Positions 25,771-38,399 of a stretch of DNA of 64,000 bases are shown piece by piece. The DNA is from Sphaerodactylus townsendi. Lineage: Eukaryota. The position numbers and the translations under genes are program-made. The stretch spans positions 87,172,001 through 87,236,000 of the forward strand of contig NC_059430.1 of the NCBI RefSeq assembly GCF_021028975.2, given 5' to 3'. Under the pieces are notes generated by a model. It made no database searches. It saw only the letters and a program-made list of their open reading frames with translations, and was not told where the DNA came from. Numbering within the stretch: position 1 is the first letter of the stretch; each line of letters begins with the position of its first letter.

Positions 25771-26341
25771 GTGAGTGACCATTATCCTGCAAACATTAAA
25801 GATACATGCAATGTTGTTTGAAGGGGAATAAGAGACCTCTTTGCAGCTTATGTATAATATGACTACTATCCTTCTGTTTGAGGAGTGACTTGATGAAGAA
25901 AATTCAGGGGATCCAAAGAGTATAGCAGGCATTCAAAAGTGTTTGCCGCAAAATTATTTCCATCATGAGTAAAACATTACCCTTCCAATGCAAAATGGTT
26001 TATAAATATTGAAAGAATCCCCTTCAACAACTTCTAGAATGTAGCTTTTTTCCACATTTCAGATGTATTCAGCTGTGTAGCTTTGGTGATATTTTAGTCA
26101 TTCTATATATTCGATTTGGAAATATTTAAATTCTACCACAAAAACTTTTCATTTTCAATTCGCATTCAAAATAAATGAAACCCTTCCTTCTTCTGGCTAA
26201 CTTTGATCTTCTCCAGTCACCTAACTCCCCCATACCATTTTATCAATATTCACTGGTCCATTTCTTCTCCATTTACGCCAACTACATAAGTTGTGGACTT
26301 CTGTCTAGGTGAGAATTTATGCAGGGTCTCTGTAATTTATG

Positions 26342-26671
26342 NNNNNNNNNNNNNNNNNNNNNNNNNNNNNNNNNNNNNNNNNNNNNNNNNNNNNNNNNNN
26401 NNNNNNNNNNNNNNNNNNNNNNNNNNNNNNNNNNNNNNNNNNNNNNNNNNNNNNNNNNNNNNNNNNNNNNNNNNNNNNNNNNNNNNNNNNNNNNNNNNNN
26501 NNNNNNNNNNNNNNNNNNNNNNNNNNNNNNNNNNNNNNNNNNNNNNNNNNNNNNNNNNNNNNNNNNNNNNNNNNNNNNNNNNNNNNNNNNNNNNNNNNNN
26601 NNNNNNNNNNNNNNNNNNNNNNNNNNNNNNNNNNNNNNNNNNNNNNNNNNNNNNNNNNNNNNNNNNNNNNN
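26342..26671. other. Assembly gap (330 N)
   Basis: Run of N. Confidence 1.
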
Positions 26672-26819
26672 TGATGCAAAAGTGTGCAGTCCTGCAAACT
26701 TGGGAGACACCCCCCCCCCCCGATTTAGCATCTGGGAGCCACTCCAAGTCTGGGCATGTTGGCTTTGGTGTTTGGGAGCTGCTCTGGGCTCATCCACCTT
26801 CATGGCCAGTGGGGAAGAT

Positions 26820-27320
26820 TGTTAGAGAAGGAGAGGGGTAGGTTGACAGAGAAGGGTTGGGGCAAAAGTGGTAGAAGGTAGGGTGACAGATAAAGGGAAG
26901 GAATAAATAGGGCAGGATTGACAGAGAAGGGGAGGAGAAATTGATGGAGAAGTGTACAGACCCAAAAGAGGGTGGTAGATTGACAAATAAGGGGATGTGT
27001 TGCCTGATAAGGGAAAGGGGGGAGAAGGGGAGAAATAGAGAGGGGTTAGGTTGACAGAGAAGGAAAGTGAGAGCTTGATGGAGACGGATTTCGGGAAAAG
27101 AGAGAAGGTAAGGGGGAGAAAAGGAGGAGAGTTGACAGAGAAGGGGAGGGAAAATTGATGGAGAAGGGTTGCAGGATGAAAAAAGAGGGGGAGAAAGAAA
27201 GAGATTGTCAGAGAAGGAGAGGAGTGAAATAGAGAAATCGGAGAAGAATGGGAGGGGGGAGAAAGAAGGGGAAGATTGTTAGAAAGGGGGGGAGAGGGAA
27301 AGAAGCAAAGGGGGAAAGGG
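26820..27320 (+). repeat. Purine-rich low-complexity tract with recurring gttgacagagaagg units
   Basis: Strongly A/G-rich, repeated motif; may be the internal part of a Helitron-like element ending about 27358. Confidence 0.7.
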
Positions 27321-28030
27321 ATAAACCCTCCCACAAGTCTGCTCAGGGTCCCCACTTGTTCTTAACAATTATCATAATCCACCCCATTGTTCATTTATAC
27401 TTTAATGAATTGTTTAATTCTGTGATCACATACTGTTTTTCCACAGGATCCTTGCCTCATTCACTGCACAGGATGGACGGTGCTCAGAGAATGGGTAGCT
27501 ATTCAGAGTTTCTTCCTATCCTCTTATTTCTTTCTCTGACTTCCAGTCCTCATGATTACTATATACCATGAGGCAGTGATCCTGTGGGTTGAAAAATGCA
27601 TGTGAACATATATTGACGAGTGTAGTTGCTATGTAACAAAGTCAACTATGTCTGTTGAGATGACCTCCTTTATCCATAGTTTAATCTCTGGGAGACTACC
27701 TCCTCCCAATTCCAGGGTTCTTATCTTGGTTACAAAAGGTCACAGCTTTGCTAAATCACAAGTGACAGCACAGGTACTTTCCACTTTAAACCTCTCTGTT
27801 GTTGGCCTGAAGGCTGAACAAATGTGTGAGAGAACAAGAAAACTGCATTAAGGGACTCCATTTGTTGACAAATATGACAAGTCAGTTTCCCTAGCAGATT
27901 TTAATGATCTTCCTGCTCCCCTTTTTGTTGATGTCAGATGAATTCTTGGGTTTTGAGGTCCTCCTCTGTGCCACAGTTTAGAAAAAAACCCAGTAATATT
28001 TGGAGATCCTCTGTTCTTCCTCCTTTCTTA

Positions 28031-28784
28031 GGTCAATTCCCCACTGGCAAATTATCACAGCAAAAATCACAGTTTGGGCAAGGACTCCTCATAGCTTAAG
28101 TGTCAAACATGGCTTCATCCCGGTTCTGGCACACACTCCCCCCCTTATCACACATTTTTTCTAAATCTTCATTGAAGTGCACCTTTTTTTCTATCATGCT
28201 CCAAAGCTGGTTCGGTGGGGAGAAACAGGAGACAGATGTGGCTTATTGTTCTCGCCCTTCGAACCTTCCAGCCAATCAGAGCACAGTGGGGGGCAATTTT
28301 TTGCGCACTGGGGGTGGCTATGAAGAAATGCAAATATGAAGCTACGGGACAATGATTTTGATAAATTGTTTATGCGTGACTACATTCGAACGTTAAAACG
28401 AGAATAAGAATAACATGAATTTTCAATCAGGGGTGGAGTAGTGTTCCCGCTCCAACACAATAGCCAATCAGAAGAAACCAGCTCAAACGCAGAGGCAGGG
28501 AAATTCTGCCTACGCATCTATGTAGTGACATAGCTGCGTGCAAAAAACCCAGTTTTTTTAAAAGTCCCCTCCCCAACACAACAGCCAATCAGGACGAGGA
28601 AGAACAGACCTACTGAGCAGATTGTGTGTTCATGGGGAGTTTTACGTTGTTTGAAACCACGATAGACACCAAGGTCTTCACTAGACACATGCTGTGGTGG
28701 GGAGGGAGAAACCATGATGAAAGAGGTGCTGTTCCTTTCGGAACCGGGATGTATCTGGCTTAATTTCTCAGTGGGGATTCGACC
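28031..28784. mobile_element. PIF/Harbinger MITE
   Basis: TIR GGTCAATTCCCCACTG / CAGTGGGGATTCGACC, exact TTA TSD; subterminal tcccggttc/gaaccggga. Confidence 0.85.
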
Positions 28785-29999
28785 TTAGATTGTGGCTATA
28801 AATTTATAACTTACCAATTTTTATTGCTAGACCTGATTTGTACTGCTGCTTGCAACATAAATGTATCTACCTGGTATAGTTTGTATCACCTCAGCCTCTT
28901 GCTTTTGCCATTTATGGGTCTCATCTTTTTGTGACTATTGCAGCTTTTGATCCCTCTAGCCTGTCCTTCTCTGTTTCTATCTCTCTAAAATGATATCTTG
29001 GCTCTGTTCCTGTGCCTTTCCCCAGCTGCATTCTCCAGCCTTGGGGCGGCCCAAAGGTACTGTCATTTTGATCATGATCTACTGCATCATGACTCCCATC
29101 AACACTTTGCATTACAGAGATCCATTTAACCCAGATCTCAAAAGACCAATTTTGTGTTTACATTGTCCCTAAGTACTTTCTGGCAGTATTCCAAAAATCA
29201 ACTTCAAACTGGTTTACAAAACAATAATGGGAAAAAAGCAAATCATTGGCATTAAGAACAGAAGCGTGTTATTGTAGCCATGGATGGGAGACAAGGGAAA
29301 AAGCAGATTTCAGACAGTTCCTTTTGTACTCTGGAACTAACTTCATAATAAAAGACATTTGAGTGGTGTACATGTACATGAAATGGTTTATTCACAAGAT
29401 TCAGAAAGGGCTTTTAAATAAATAAATATCTGACTCATACTTTACTGGCATGTTTAGCAACCACATAGGTTATGAGTAAATTATCACCAGCAGCTGAACA
29501 TCTGAAGGTGATGTCAGTTTCTGAAGGCAATAAGAAAATGGACATAAACTGAAGAGAATATTGCTGTGAAGCTTTCAATTTGTTGGTCTGTGTCTCTTCC
29601 TCCATCTTAGCATCTGAGACCAACACTTCTGAGCTAGTCACATGAGGGCCAAAACATATTGACAGTAAAAAGGCTGAGAACTAACAGAGGAGGATCAGAA
29701 TCAGGCATAGTTCTTCATAATTTCAACACATTTACCAAGAATAAAGGCAGCCTCAGAGAGAAAAGAAACCACCTCTTTTGTCCAACCTTCAGACCACTAA
29801 TCAGGATCTCGCAGTAATTAGTCAAGGTACATTCAGACACAAAAAATCATGTTGTTACTGGAGTATCTAGGGTGGGGTGGAGAAGGGTGGATGGCCTGGG
29901 TGCTGCATGTGGGGGGTGTGAGGCAGCCCAGAGACCCCTCCTCAGAAAAATCTACCCCTGAGGCTCAGCAAGCCCGGATGCACTTGCTGCTGACCATGC

Positions 30000-30362
30000 C
30001 TCTCTCTGTCTGCCTCTCATTCTCTCTCGCTTGTGCTCGCGCTCGCTCTCTCTCACTCTTGTTTGCGCTCTTGCTCTCTCTTGCTTGTTCACAGTTGCTC
30101 ACGCTTGCTGTCTCACTGACTCTCTTGTTCAGTCTCTTTCTCATGCTCTCTCTTTCTCATGCTCACTCTCTCATTTGCATTCTTGCTCGCTCTCTTGTTT
30201 ACTCTCGTTCATGCTCTCTCACGCATGCACTTTCTTTCTCTCATCCGTACTCGTGCTCACTCTCTTGCTCTCTTTCTCGCACTCTCTCTTGCGCTTCTTT
30301 CTCTCACTCACTCATTTGCTGTCCCTTACTCTTGCTCACTCTTTCTCACACTTTCTCTCTCG
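30000..30362 (+). repeat. CT-rich low-complexity repeat
   Basis: Degenerate (CT)n/(CTCG)n/(CTTG)n array; explains the 241-aa spurious ORF. Confidence 0.9.
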
Positions 30363-31534
30363 GTCTTGCACTCCAGGCATGTCTTGCTCATGGCTGCTTT
30401 TCCTCCAGCTTTGGACAGGCAAAGGACATGCCCCTCATATCCCAGGGGGTCCATGCCCTATTGCGACCTGTCAATGCAAGGGGGGTGTCTTCAAATGAGA
30501 GCGCCATCACCTTCCTCACTGACCTCTTCCTCTACAAGGGGGTAGAGCCACAATCTGGATATGTTCACCAGTGAACCAATAGGCAGGGAGACGGCATGCT
30601 TACTCCACTGGGATTGCAGCTTTTATGTGCTATCTTGATGCACGTTGCACAGTTTGTGAGCGTGTTTGGAATAGTTGCTTCAGTGTGGTGTTTCAGTATT
30701 TCATATGGATTCTGAAAGCCTAATATAAAAATATTTTACATAAATTTACTCTGAACATTTGTTAGAAAAATTGGTACTGAACTAAACAAATACTTAAATG
30801 ATTATTTCCCGCCATAGAGTAATCTCTGATTTCGAACCATATGCAGGGTCTCTTGGTTCTACTTCCAAGCTTGTGTTGGGAGCCTTGTCTGTTTATAAAT
30901 TGCCCAGATTAGGGAAACAGTCAGATATAGAAGTTAGGCCAGAAACTCCTAGGTGAAATTGGAAGGACAAACTTACATGATTTGAGGGCAACAGGAATGT
31001 GGGCTGCATTCGCACCTGCTTGTGTCTACATCACACATTTTCCTTTATCACACATCATTAGCAATATGTTCCAAGTATCTATATTTAGTAGAGAGAATCT
31101 TTAATGTTTGATATGTGCTCCTGGTGAAACTATATCCTAGTTTGTCTTTTCAATGACTTTTTAAAATGTTGTTAGTGCACACATACACACACACACACAC
31201 ACCCGGGTCTCTAGAAGTTATATTTCTGTGTGGGGATAGGTTTGTATCCTTTAAGTTGTTAGAGTTGCAGCTATACTTCAGTAAACCAGTGAAATACTTT
31301 AAGAGAACCAGTGTCAACTAGTGGTTGAAGTATTGGATTGGGAGCAGGAAGATCAAGGTTTAAACTCCATGGTTGGATGACCTTCAGTCAGTCACATGCT
31401 CTCGGCCTAACCTTCCTCACAGGGTTGTTCAGAAGGTACAGTGTAGGAGGGAGACCCATGCATACCACTCTGAGTTCCTTAGAGCAAGGGCAAGATTAAA
31501 ATGTACCAAATGGACAAATAAGTACAATTAATTC

Positions 31535-31645
31535 CTCTCCGACCCTTGAAAGCTTATACCGCAAAGGTTTCTTGGTCTCTATAGTGTTCCTGGACTCAAA
31601 TCTAACTTATCTACTGCAGATCAGTATAGCCACCATCCTGAAACT
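31535..31645 (+). mobile_element. Penelope-like (Neptune-type) terminal fragment
   Basis: gaaagctta...ttggtctct..agtg.tcctggactc...tactgcaga; opposite-orientation relative at about 34720-34797. Confidence 0.55.
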
Positions 31646-32633
31646 AGGTCCACTATGAAATTAAATTAGTATATTTACATTCTGAAAGAAAAGACCTAGG
31701 TTAGTATATCTGCTTTTGGCTTTTCAATACAAACTGTTCCAGTAGAAATGAGGAATTAGAATGTATAATGGGATGGGTGGTGTTCAGGCAGAAATCACTG
31801 GGGTGAGAATTGGGCTGTTAAAAATACACAAGACTGTGTTAGTTTTCTTCTGTGGAATATTGGAGCACATGCAGTAATACAAGTTGTTTATTGTGTGAGT
31901 ACCTTCAGGACTAAATTTCACGTAGACAGGCCATGCTGGTATGTCTGCTGAATTCTTAAATTTGTCTAAGCTCCCCCCCCCTCAACTTAAAGCAGAATTA
32001 AGTAATGAAAATAACCAGTTATTGAAAATCCAGCCAATTAACCCCTTTTTCATTGCAGCACACATCCCTAACAAGTAAAGCTTTTTGTAAATGCTGCCCC
32101 AATTAAACAGCATTGCCACTCATTATCATTAGTCTAAATTGGTTTCCTGGGAGATAACTCAGTGAAAGAACAATCATGATTAAGTAGAGCCACTTTAACA
32201 CCTCTTAGCCTCTTCATCTTCAGTGAAACCATGACTGCAAGCGTTCTTTTTAATTCCACCTTGAAAACTAGCTTGAGCCATATTCAAGGTGCATTTGCAA
32301 ATCACATTTGGGAGGAGATTCTGTTGCAGATATGTTCTAAGTAGCATATCTTATGAAAAGGAATACCTGTATTTATTTTTAAAGACATATACATGCAAAC
32401 TCAGAGAATCATTGACAGTTAAAAATCTTGCTACCCAAATATATATTATGCAATGTGGGCTGACAGAAGCAACAAGTACTAACAAAATTCAAACCACTTT
32501 CACGAAACAACAATAACTCAAGTGGACAGATTTTACATAGATCCCCCACTCATTCCTCTCTGAATGAAAGTGCTGTCAAATCTCCTTTAGCTTATGGTGG
32601 TCCGATGAATTAATGACTTCCAAAATGTCCTCC

Positions 32634-32840
32634 CTGACCTGATTAACCCAGACTTGCCGGATCTCATCAGAGCTCACAAACTAAGCAGAGTTGACCCTGG
32701 CAAGCATTTGGATGGGAGACCTCCAGGTAATACTTGGGTTGTGACATGGAGGGAGGCAATGACAAATCATCTCTGAACGTCTCTTCTCTTGAAAACTCCA
32801 TAGGGTTACTGTAAGTCAGCTGTGACTTAATGGCAAAAAA
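32634..32840 (+). mobile_element. 5S rRNA-derived SINE (5S-Sauria-like)
   Basis: gatctcatcagagctcacaaactaagcagag...tttggatgggagacc is 5S-like; RTE-type tail taagtcagctgtgactt. Confidence 0.8.
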
Positions 32841-32849
32841 ATATCCTAA

Positions 32850-33045
32850 CATCTGAGCCTTGCTCAGATCTTTCAAACTGAGGGACACAACTTCCTTTAT
32901 CAAGTCAGTACATCTCATGTTGGGTCTTCCTCTGTTTCTGCTGCCTTCTACTTTTCCTAGTATTAGTGTCTTCTCCAGTGAGTCTTGCCTCCTGTTAATG
33001 TGACTAAAGTACAGTAGAATCAGTTTAGTCATTTTAGTTTCTATT
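32850..33045 (-). mobile_element. RTE (BovB-related) LINE 3' fragment
   Basis: KMTKLILLYFSHINRRQDSLEKTLILGKVEGSRNRGRPNMR, the C-terminus of the RTE ORF. Confidence 0.85.
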
Positions 33046-33170
33046 TGCCCTGGCTTGGATGTTATTGGGAAAGCACGTTTTTTTCGCAACTTACCCACAG
33101 TGTTGTGCTTTTGTGCATCACCTGGGTTTTCCTTGTCTGTTGTACAACCTCTTCTGAGCTTACTTTGCTG

Positions 33171-33335
33171 TATTGTTGAAGGCTTTCATGGCTGGACTCA
33201 ACTGGTTGTTGTGGGCTTTCCGGGCTGTGTGGCCATGGTCTGGTAGATCTAGTTCCTAACGTTTTGCCTGCATCTGTGGCTGGCATCTTCAGAGGTGTAT
33301 CACGTCTGAAGATGGTACACCTCTGAAGATACACC
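33171..33335 (-). mobile_element. Penelope-like (Poseidon-type) pLTR fragment with a decayed minimal hammerhead
   Basis: Reverse complement cctCTGAAGAtgccagccacagatgcaggcAAAAcgttagg...cagcccggaaagcccacaacaaccagttg...gaaagccttc; another fragment at about 35620-35710. Confidence 0.8.
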
Positions 33336-34890
33336 TAAAAATAGAAAGATGCAGAAAAGTGTGTGCGTGTGCATGCACGTGTGTGTGGTAGGATATGGAT
33401 AGGAATGAAGCCTTAAACTGCAAGACAAATCTATACTTTATTATTAATTTTTTCTATCATCAGCAAACAAAAGAAAATGGTTCATGGTACAATCCTTGCA
33501 GTAAGCTCTGTGGAATAAAATAGGACTTACATCTGAGTAGACCTGCTTAAAATGACTTCCTTAGAAAAAGGTTAAAAATTCCAGTGACAATTTTAACAGC
33601 GTCTTACTTTTTTGTATTAAGTTATGATAAAAAACTATTCTGTTGAGCCCTTTTATGTCTTTTGAAGTGGAGTGAGGGATTTCTCCCCTCTTCAGTTATT
33701 CAATTTTTGTTGAACCTTTTTGTTAGCATCTCCTACAAGCAAACTGTATCTATGGAAAAAGGCAACTTGACTGTTGCAGTTTTGTGGGTCAGTAGACAAG
33801 AGTGTTTTAATTGCACTAATGGAGCATAGAAAATGCCAATGAATGATTGTGAAATTTCCTTTAATAAATTAAATTGGGTTTAACTCCATTCTACTGTTGT
33901 CCTGGGCCACAAAAGTCTGCTTACCCTCAAAGCATACTAATTATGATTGCAACAAGTTTTGCCAAAGGTATAACTAAGAGATGCTGTAGTTATTTGCAGT
34001 GTGCTTATATTAGATTTTTTAAATCCAAAGCAATGTACAATACAATATAAAAGACAATTTATGCAATCAAAAATGTCAAAATTTAAATCCAACAAATAAA
34101 ATCAAATAGAATGCAAACTGAAAAAAATAAATGGTAGTAGGCAAGGATGTTGTTATAAAACTTGTTGAAACAGATGTATTTTTATCATTGGCTGAGAGGA
34201 GGTGGAAAGTGTTTGGGAGGACATACAACAGAATTTGAGGCAAGACTGAAAATGCTGCTCCACCCAATGGAGGCTGATCTTGCATTCATGAACAGTACTG
34301 ACCATGATAGTAAAATGATCTGATTATTGTAAGATAACTTCATGTGCGTGTATGTGTGAGGCTTCCAAACATTCTTTATGGGTAGCTCCGTATAGAATAT
34401 AAGACAGTCTTCAGGTTAGCCATAGCATGCATGATAGTGGCAGATCTCATCTTTTCAGCAGTAAGCATAACTGAAATTAGCCAAAACTAGAAAAAAAAGT
34501 CCTTTAGACCACAGCCACTACTTGGGTTCCAGGAGCAAAAGCAGATCTAACAGTGCCTCCAAACAGTGAAACTGATCTTTCAGGGTGAGGATAATCCCAC
34601 CAGAACCAGAATTACTCACAGTTATCTGGTTCAGCTCTCTATTTTACCTGTCTGTAAGCTTAAATTTGCTTACTTCTAATCCATTATTGATTTTGGACAC
34701 TTGTTCAGCAATGATAATTCCAAAGGGGTAGCCATGTTAGTCTGTGGCAGCAGAATAAAGCAGGTGTCCAGTGACCCCCTAACTTCATCAGATACACAGG
34801 AATGTATCAGTCCTGGAGGGTATTATCAGGGCAAAACAAATGGAGGAACAGAGAAAAGAACCACTAAAATAGTCCCAATGACTCTTGTAA

Positions 34891-35034
34891 NNNNNNNNNN
34901 NNNNNNNNNNNNNNNNNNNNNNNNNNNNNNNNNNNNNNNNNNNNNNNNNNNNNNNNNNNNNNNNNNNNNNNNNNNNNNNNNNNNNNNNNNNNNNNNNNNN
35001 NNNNNNNNNNNNNNNNNNNNNNNNNNNNNNNNNN
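34891..35034. other. Assembly gap (144 N)
   Basis: Run of N. Confidence 1.
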
Positions 35035-35376
35035 CCCTCCCCCGAAGGGCTCAGAATGTTGAACGTATTTCAGAAATTGTACTTACATTATTGCTATGGA
35101 CTCTTACTATTAGCAAATATACTAAATTAGCATTATGAGTTAAGACAAAAGCTGAAATATACTTTATAGAATATAAAATTATTTTCTTCTGTCACTTCAT
35201 GCATTCTGTTTTTAGATATGTACTAATGATGTATAGGAAAAGTATGAATGTGCCAAATACATGTATAATATAGCTGTGGTTGGGGATAGCTTTCTTCTGC
35301 TTGTTTACTCTTCAGCAAATATTCTGCATAACGTGTGAAATGACCTTGTCTCTTTCCTCTTGGTGGATGTCATTAG

Positions 35377-35528
35377 GTGGGATATATCTGGAGCTGTCAT
35401 TGGTACTGAATGTGGAACACTGGAATCAGGTTCCTCTGTTGTGTTCCTCAGGGATGGAGAGAGGAAATTATGCACTCCGTACATGGATACTACTGGCTAT
35501 GGAAATCTGAGATTTTATTTCAGTATGG
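35377..35528 (+). CDS. RELN: Reelin exon (about exon 12), 152 nt
   Basis: cattag| ... ATGG|gtaagt; [50 protein letters not shown](G). Confidence 0.97.
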
Positions 35529-37464
35529 GTAAGTATGCACCAATAACAAGTTTAGCTTCTGTAATCCAGACTAAAAGAGGATTGTTCTTCTGCAGGTTGT
35601 ACTGTAAACAGTACTTCTGTCAACTGACTTTTGTGGGTTTTCCAGGCTGTGTGGCCGTGGTCTGTGTAACCCACAACAGCCAGTTGACTCTGGCCCTGAA
35701 AACCTTCAATTAGTCTGTCAGATCTGGCTTCTCTAGCTTTTGTCTATCCATATTGGATCCCCACATTCTTCCACTACCAACCCTGTGAAAGGTGTGCCAG
35801 AAATTTCTTCTCGTGCCTTCTTTTTACTTTCAGCAGACCTAGACATTATTTGAAATGTAGGGCTCCCACTGTAAAAGGCAGTTCTTCTGCAACATCATCC
35901 CACTTTTTCAATGTGCAGTAAAACTTCCCACAGTGCTAACTGTGCATCATTGCTCTGTACATTTCCTCCTTTCCATTTGATAACTTTGGCTGCATAGAGG
36001 TGGGGTGGGGAGTGCAAAGTTTGATGACCACACCTGGGTCAGTTTGACTACATATTAAAGAAAGAGCAAATTAAACATGGCTGCCATTTTTCCCCAGCAG
36101 CTTTATATGAGTCAATGTCAAATTCTGTTCTTTTGCTGCAACCCCTCAGCTGCTGCTTTTCAAGTGAGTTGGCCTTGAAGTATGATCTACAGGTAGTTCT
36201 AGTGTGCAAGAGAAGAAACCAAAGAAGTCCCCAAAGAGGAGGATGTATGGCTTCTAGCTACTCTCTGAGAAGAGCTGCTGTTGCAATAATTTTCGCAAAA
36301 TTTAATAGTAACCTGAATGGCCATAAATGTATTTATGTATTTATTTACTTACTTCATTTATGCCCCACCTTAAACCAATTTACATTGCTCTTCTCTCCTC
36401 CATTTTTATCCTCACAACAACCCTGTGAGTCAGGTTAGGCTCAAAGTGTGTGACTGGGCCAAGGTCTCCCAGCATGTTTCCATGGCAGAGGTGGGGATTT
36501 GAACTTGCATTTCCCAGATTCTAGTCTGACACTTTAATCCCACTACCACAAAGGCTCTGCATTACTTCTTGTTTAAATACTTTTGGAAATCTTGTACAAA
36601 CCTTCCTTGGGATTAATTTTAGAGGGGAGAGACAGCACAGGACAAAAGCAGCACCTTTTTTTCTCCCTAAGAGAGAATCACTGGGGTTGGATGAACGTTT
36701 CAGACAGTGAAAAGCAAAATGTACATAAACTATTAGAAGATGCTAATGGGTCTGGCAGTTGTACAGTTTTCTTTGCAACACTTTCCCAGGAGGGTCCCCA
36801 CGAATCAGGTAAACTCTATAGAGCATTTATTTTTTCAACACATCATGCATTAATGTGAAATGGAAAGTCAGTAGAGGAAATGGAGACTGAATTAGCTATC
36901 CCAATAGAATGGCCTTCCATGTAAACAAGAACAAAATGCCTGTCTTACTGAAGCGGAAGTTGTACAACAGACTCGTTGAATAGTCACACATACCCTGTGT
37001 GGTATGATGTACCAAAAAAAAAAGTACAGGAAGAAGACAGTGCTTTACTTCCAGATTTCCCAGGCATAGCTACACCTGCATGGAAAACAGGAAAGACGTT
37101 TTGCCGACCTTTTGAACTCATACAGAAAGCTGTTGGTTCAGCAACAACTGGCTGTAAAATGAAGAGACTGCATGGGGGGAAATTGGTTGAGTGAAAAAGA
37201 TGACAATCGATAGTCAGATAAGAAAACTAAAGGCTTTGTAAAAGAGGACAGTAGGATAATCTTAATTTAATTTAGATTGCCAACTAAAGACCACATGATT
37301 AAATATGTCTTAATATTTAAAACAAAAATTGTGAATATAGGAAACCCAGCAACATTGGATAGAAGGCTCTGGCGAGCTCTTTCCCCGACATGCTCATTTA
37401 ATGTGGACAGTGATGGGTTTTTTATTTGTTGCTTGGAATAACAGTCCTGCATCTGAAAGGAGTG

Positions 37465-37660
37465 GCCAGGGCTCGGGGTAGAGCAGCTGTTTAACATGCA
37501 GGAGGTCCCAGGTTCAATATGCATCATCTGCATTGAAAAAGATCAGGGAGTTGATAAGCAAGACCTTGACCTGAGACCCTAGAGAGGCCAGACTGAGTAG
37601 ATACTACTGACCTTGTTGGTCCAGAGGTCCAATTTGGTGTAAGGCAGCAATCATGTATGA
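37465..37660 (+). mobile_element. tRNA-derived SINE with CR1-type tail (Squam/LF-SINE-like)
   Basis: gctcggggtagagc...gcaggaggtcccaggttcaat tRNA head; taaggcagc..catgt tail; sister copies at about 41180-41375 (+) and 40680-40845 (-). Confidence 0.7.
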
Positions 37661-38286
37661 ATTCTGCAGTGAAACTGCCTCAACAAAACAACACAGGGTG
37701 TTTCTGCTAATGTTGCTATCTTTAATGTGTGGATGAATTCTATTCTTGCCCATCCCCATGTATAATTTTCTGTTCAAATTTGAACAAAGCATATTTCATA
37801 GAGAGGAGTAATGGACCATAACCATGTTTATCTTTTTCAAACATACAACAAATACACTATTTGAATGTAACAGAAGAACTCCAGGTTCACAAACCCCTTC
37901 CTGCTGTGAAGATAACATATCCTTTTCTGTGGTTAGGAAGTTGTTTTGGGAAGGTTCTTTTTTGTGTGAAAATCAGTGACAAGATTTGAGATATCCCTAG
38001 CTACAACAGCTGCTCGAGAGGTGTCAGAATTAATGCTATGATGTCACAGTCAATTTGCATTATAATGTATGGCTTTGTAACCCATCTGGATCTTGAGAAG
38101 AGTTTGTAATTTTAGTTAAAGGGTGATTTTAGTTCCCATGAAGCCAGTAAAATCATTGTGGAGCATATACGTGTGAGAGAGACAGAAAGAGTGGGAGATA
38201 TCATTTTTATGGTTGTTAAGAATTTAAGGTGACTGCCTTTTTAAATACAAATTATTTGTATTCCCCAAATGTGCAAATTGTTGCAG

Positions 38287-38399
38287 GGGGCAGCTGTGAT
38301 GCTGGTGAAGCCCATGAAAACGATGTTATTCTCTATGCAAAGATCGAAGGGAAAAAGGATCACATACATCTGGATACCATGACCTACGCTTCTTACAAG
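38287..38399 (+). CDS. RELN: Reelin exon (about exon 13), 113 nt
   Basis: ttgcag| ... TACAAG|gtgaat; GSCDAGEAHENDVILYAKIEGKKDHIHLDTMTYASYK. Confidence 0.96.

Noticed and set aside
26282-26841. Six ORFs of 111-182 aa
   Set aside because: Artefacts of the 330-N gap; the same applies to 34701..35138.
26822-27355. 177-aa P/S/L/F-rich ORF
   Set aside because: Translation of the pyrimidine strand of a low-complexity tract.
29849-30574. 241-aa ORF, the longest in the track
   Set aside because: Produced by a CT-rich low-complexity tract that is open in all three frames; L/S-biased with no domain.
32634-32740. 5S rRNA gene
   Set aside because: Diverged, 5' end replaced, fused to an RTE-type tail and dispersed in several copies: a SINE, not an rRNA gene.
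36880-37230. Possible DIRS-derived coding relic (…FCRPFELIQKAV)
   Set aside because: Similarity too faint to support without a search.
37465-37530. tRNA gene (also about 41180-41240 and 11171-11250)
   Set aside because: No intact cloverleaf or T-run terminator; continues into a SINE body.
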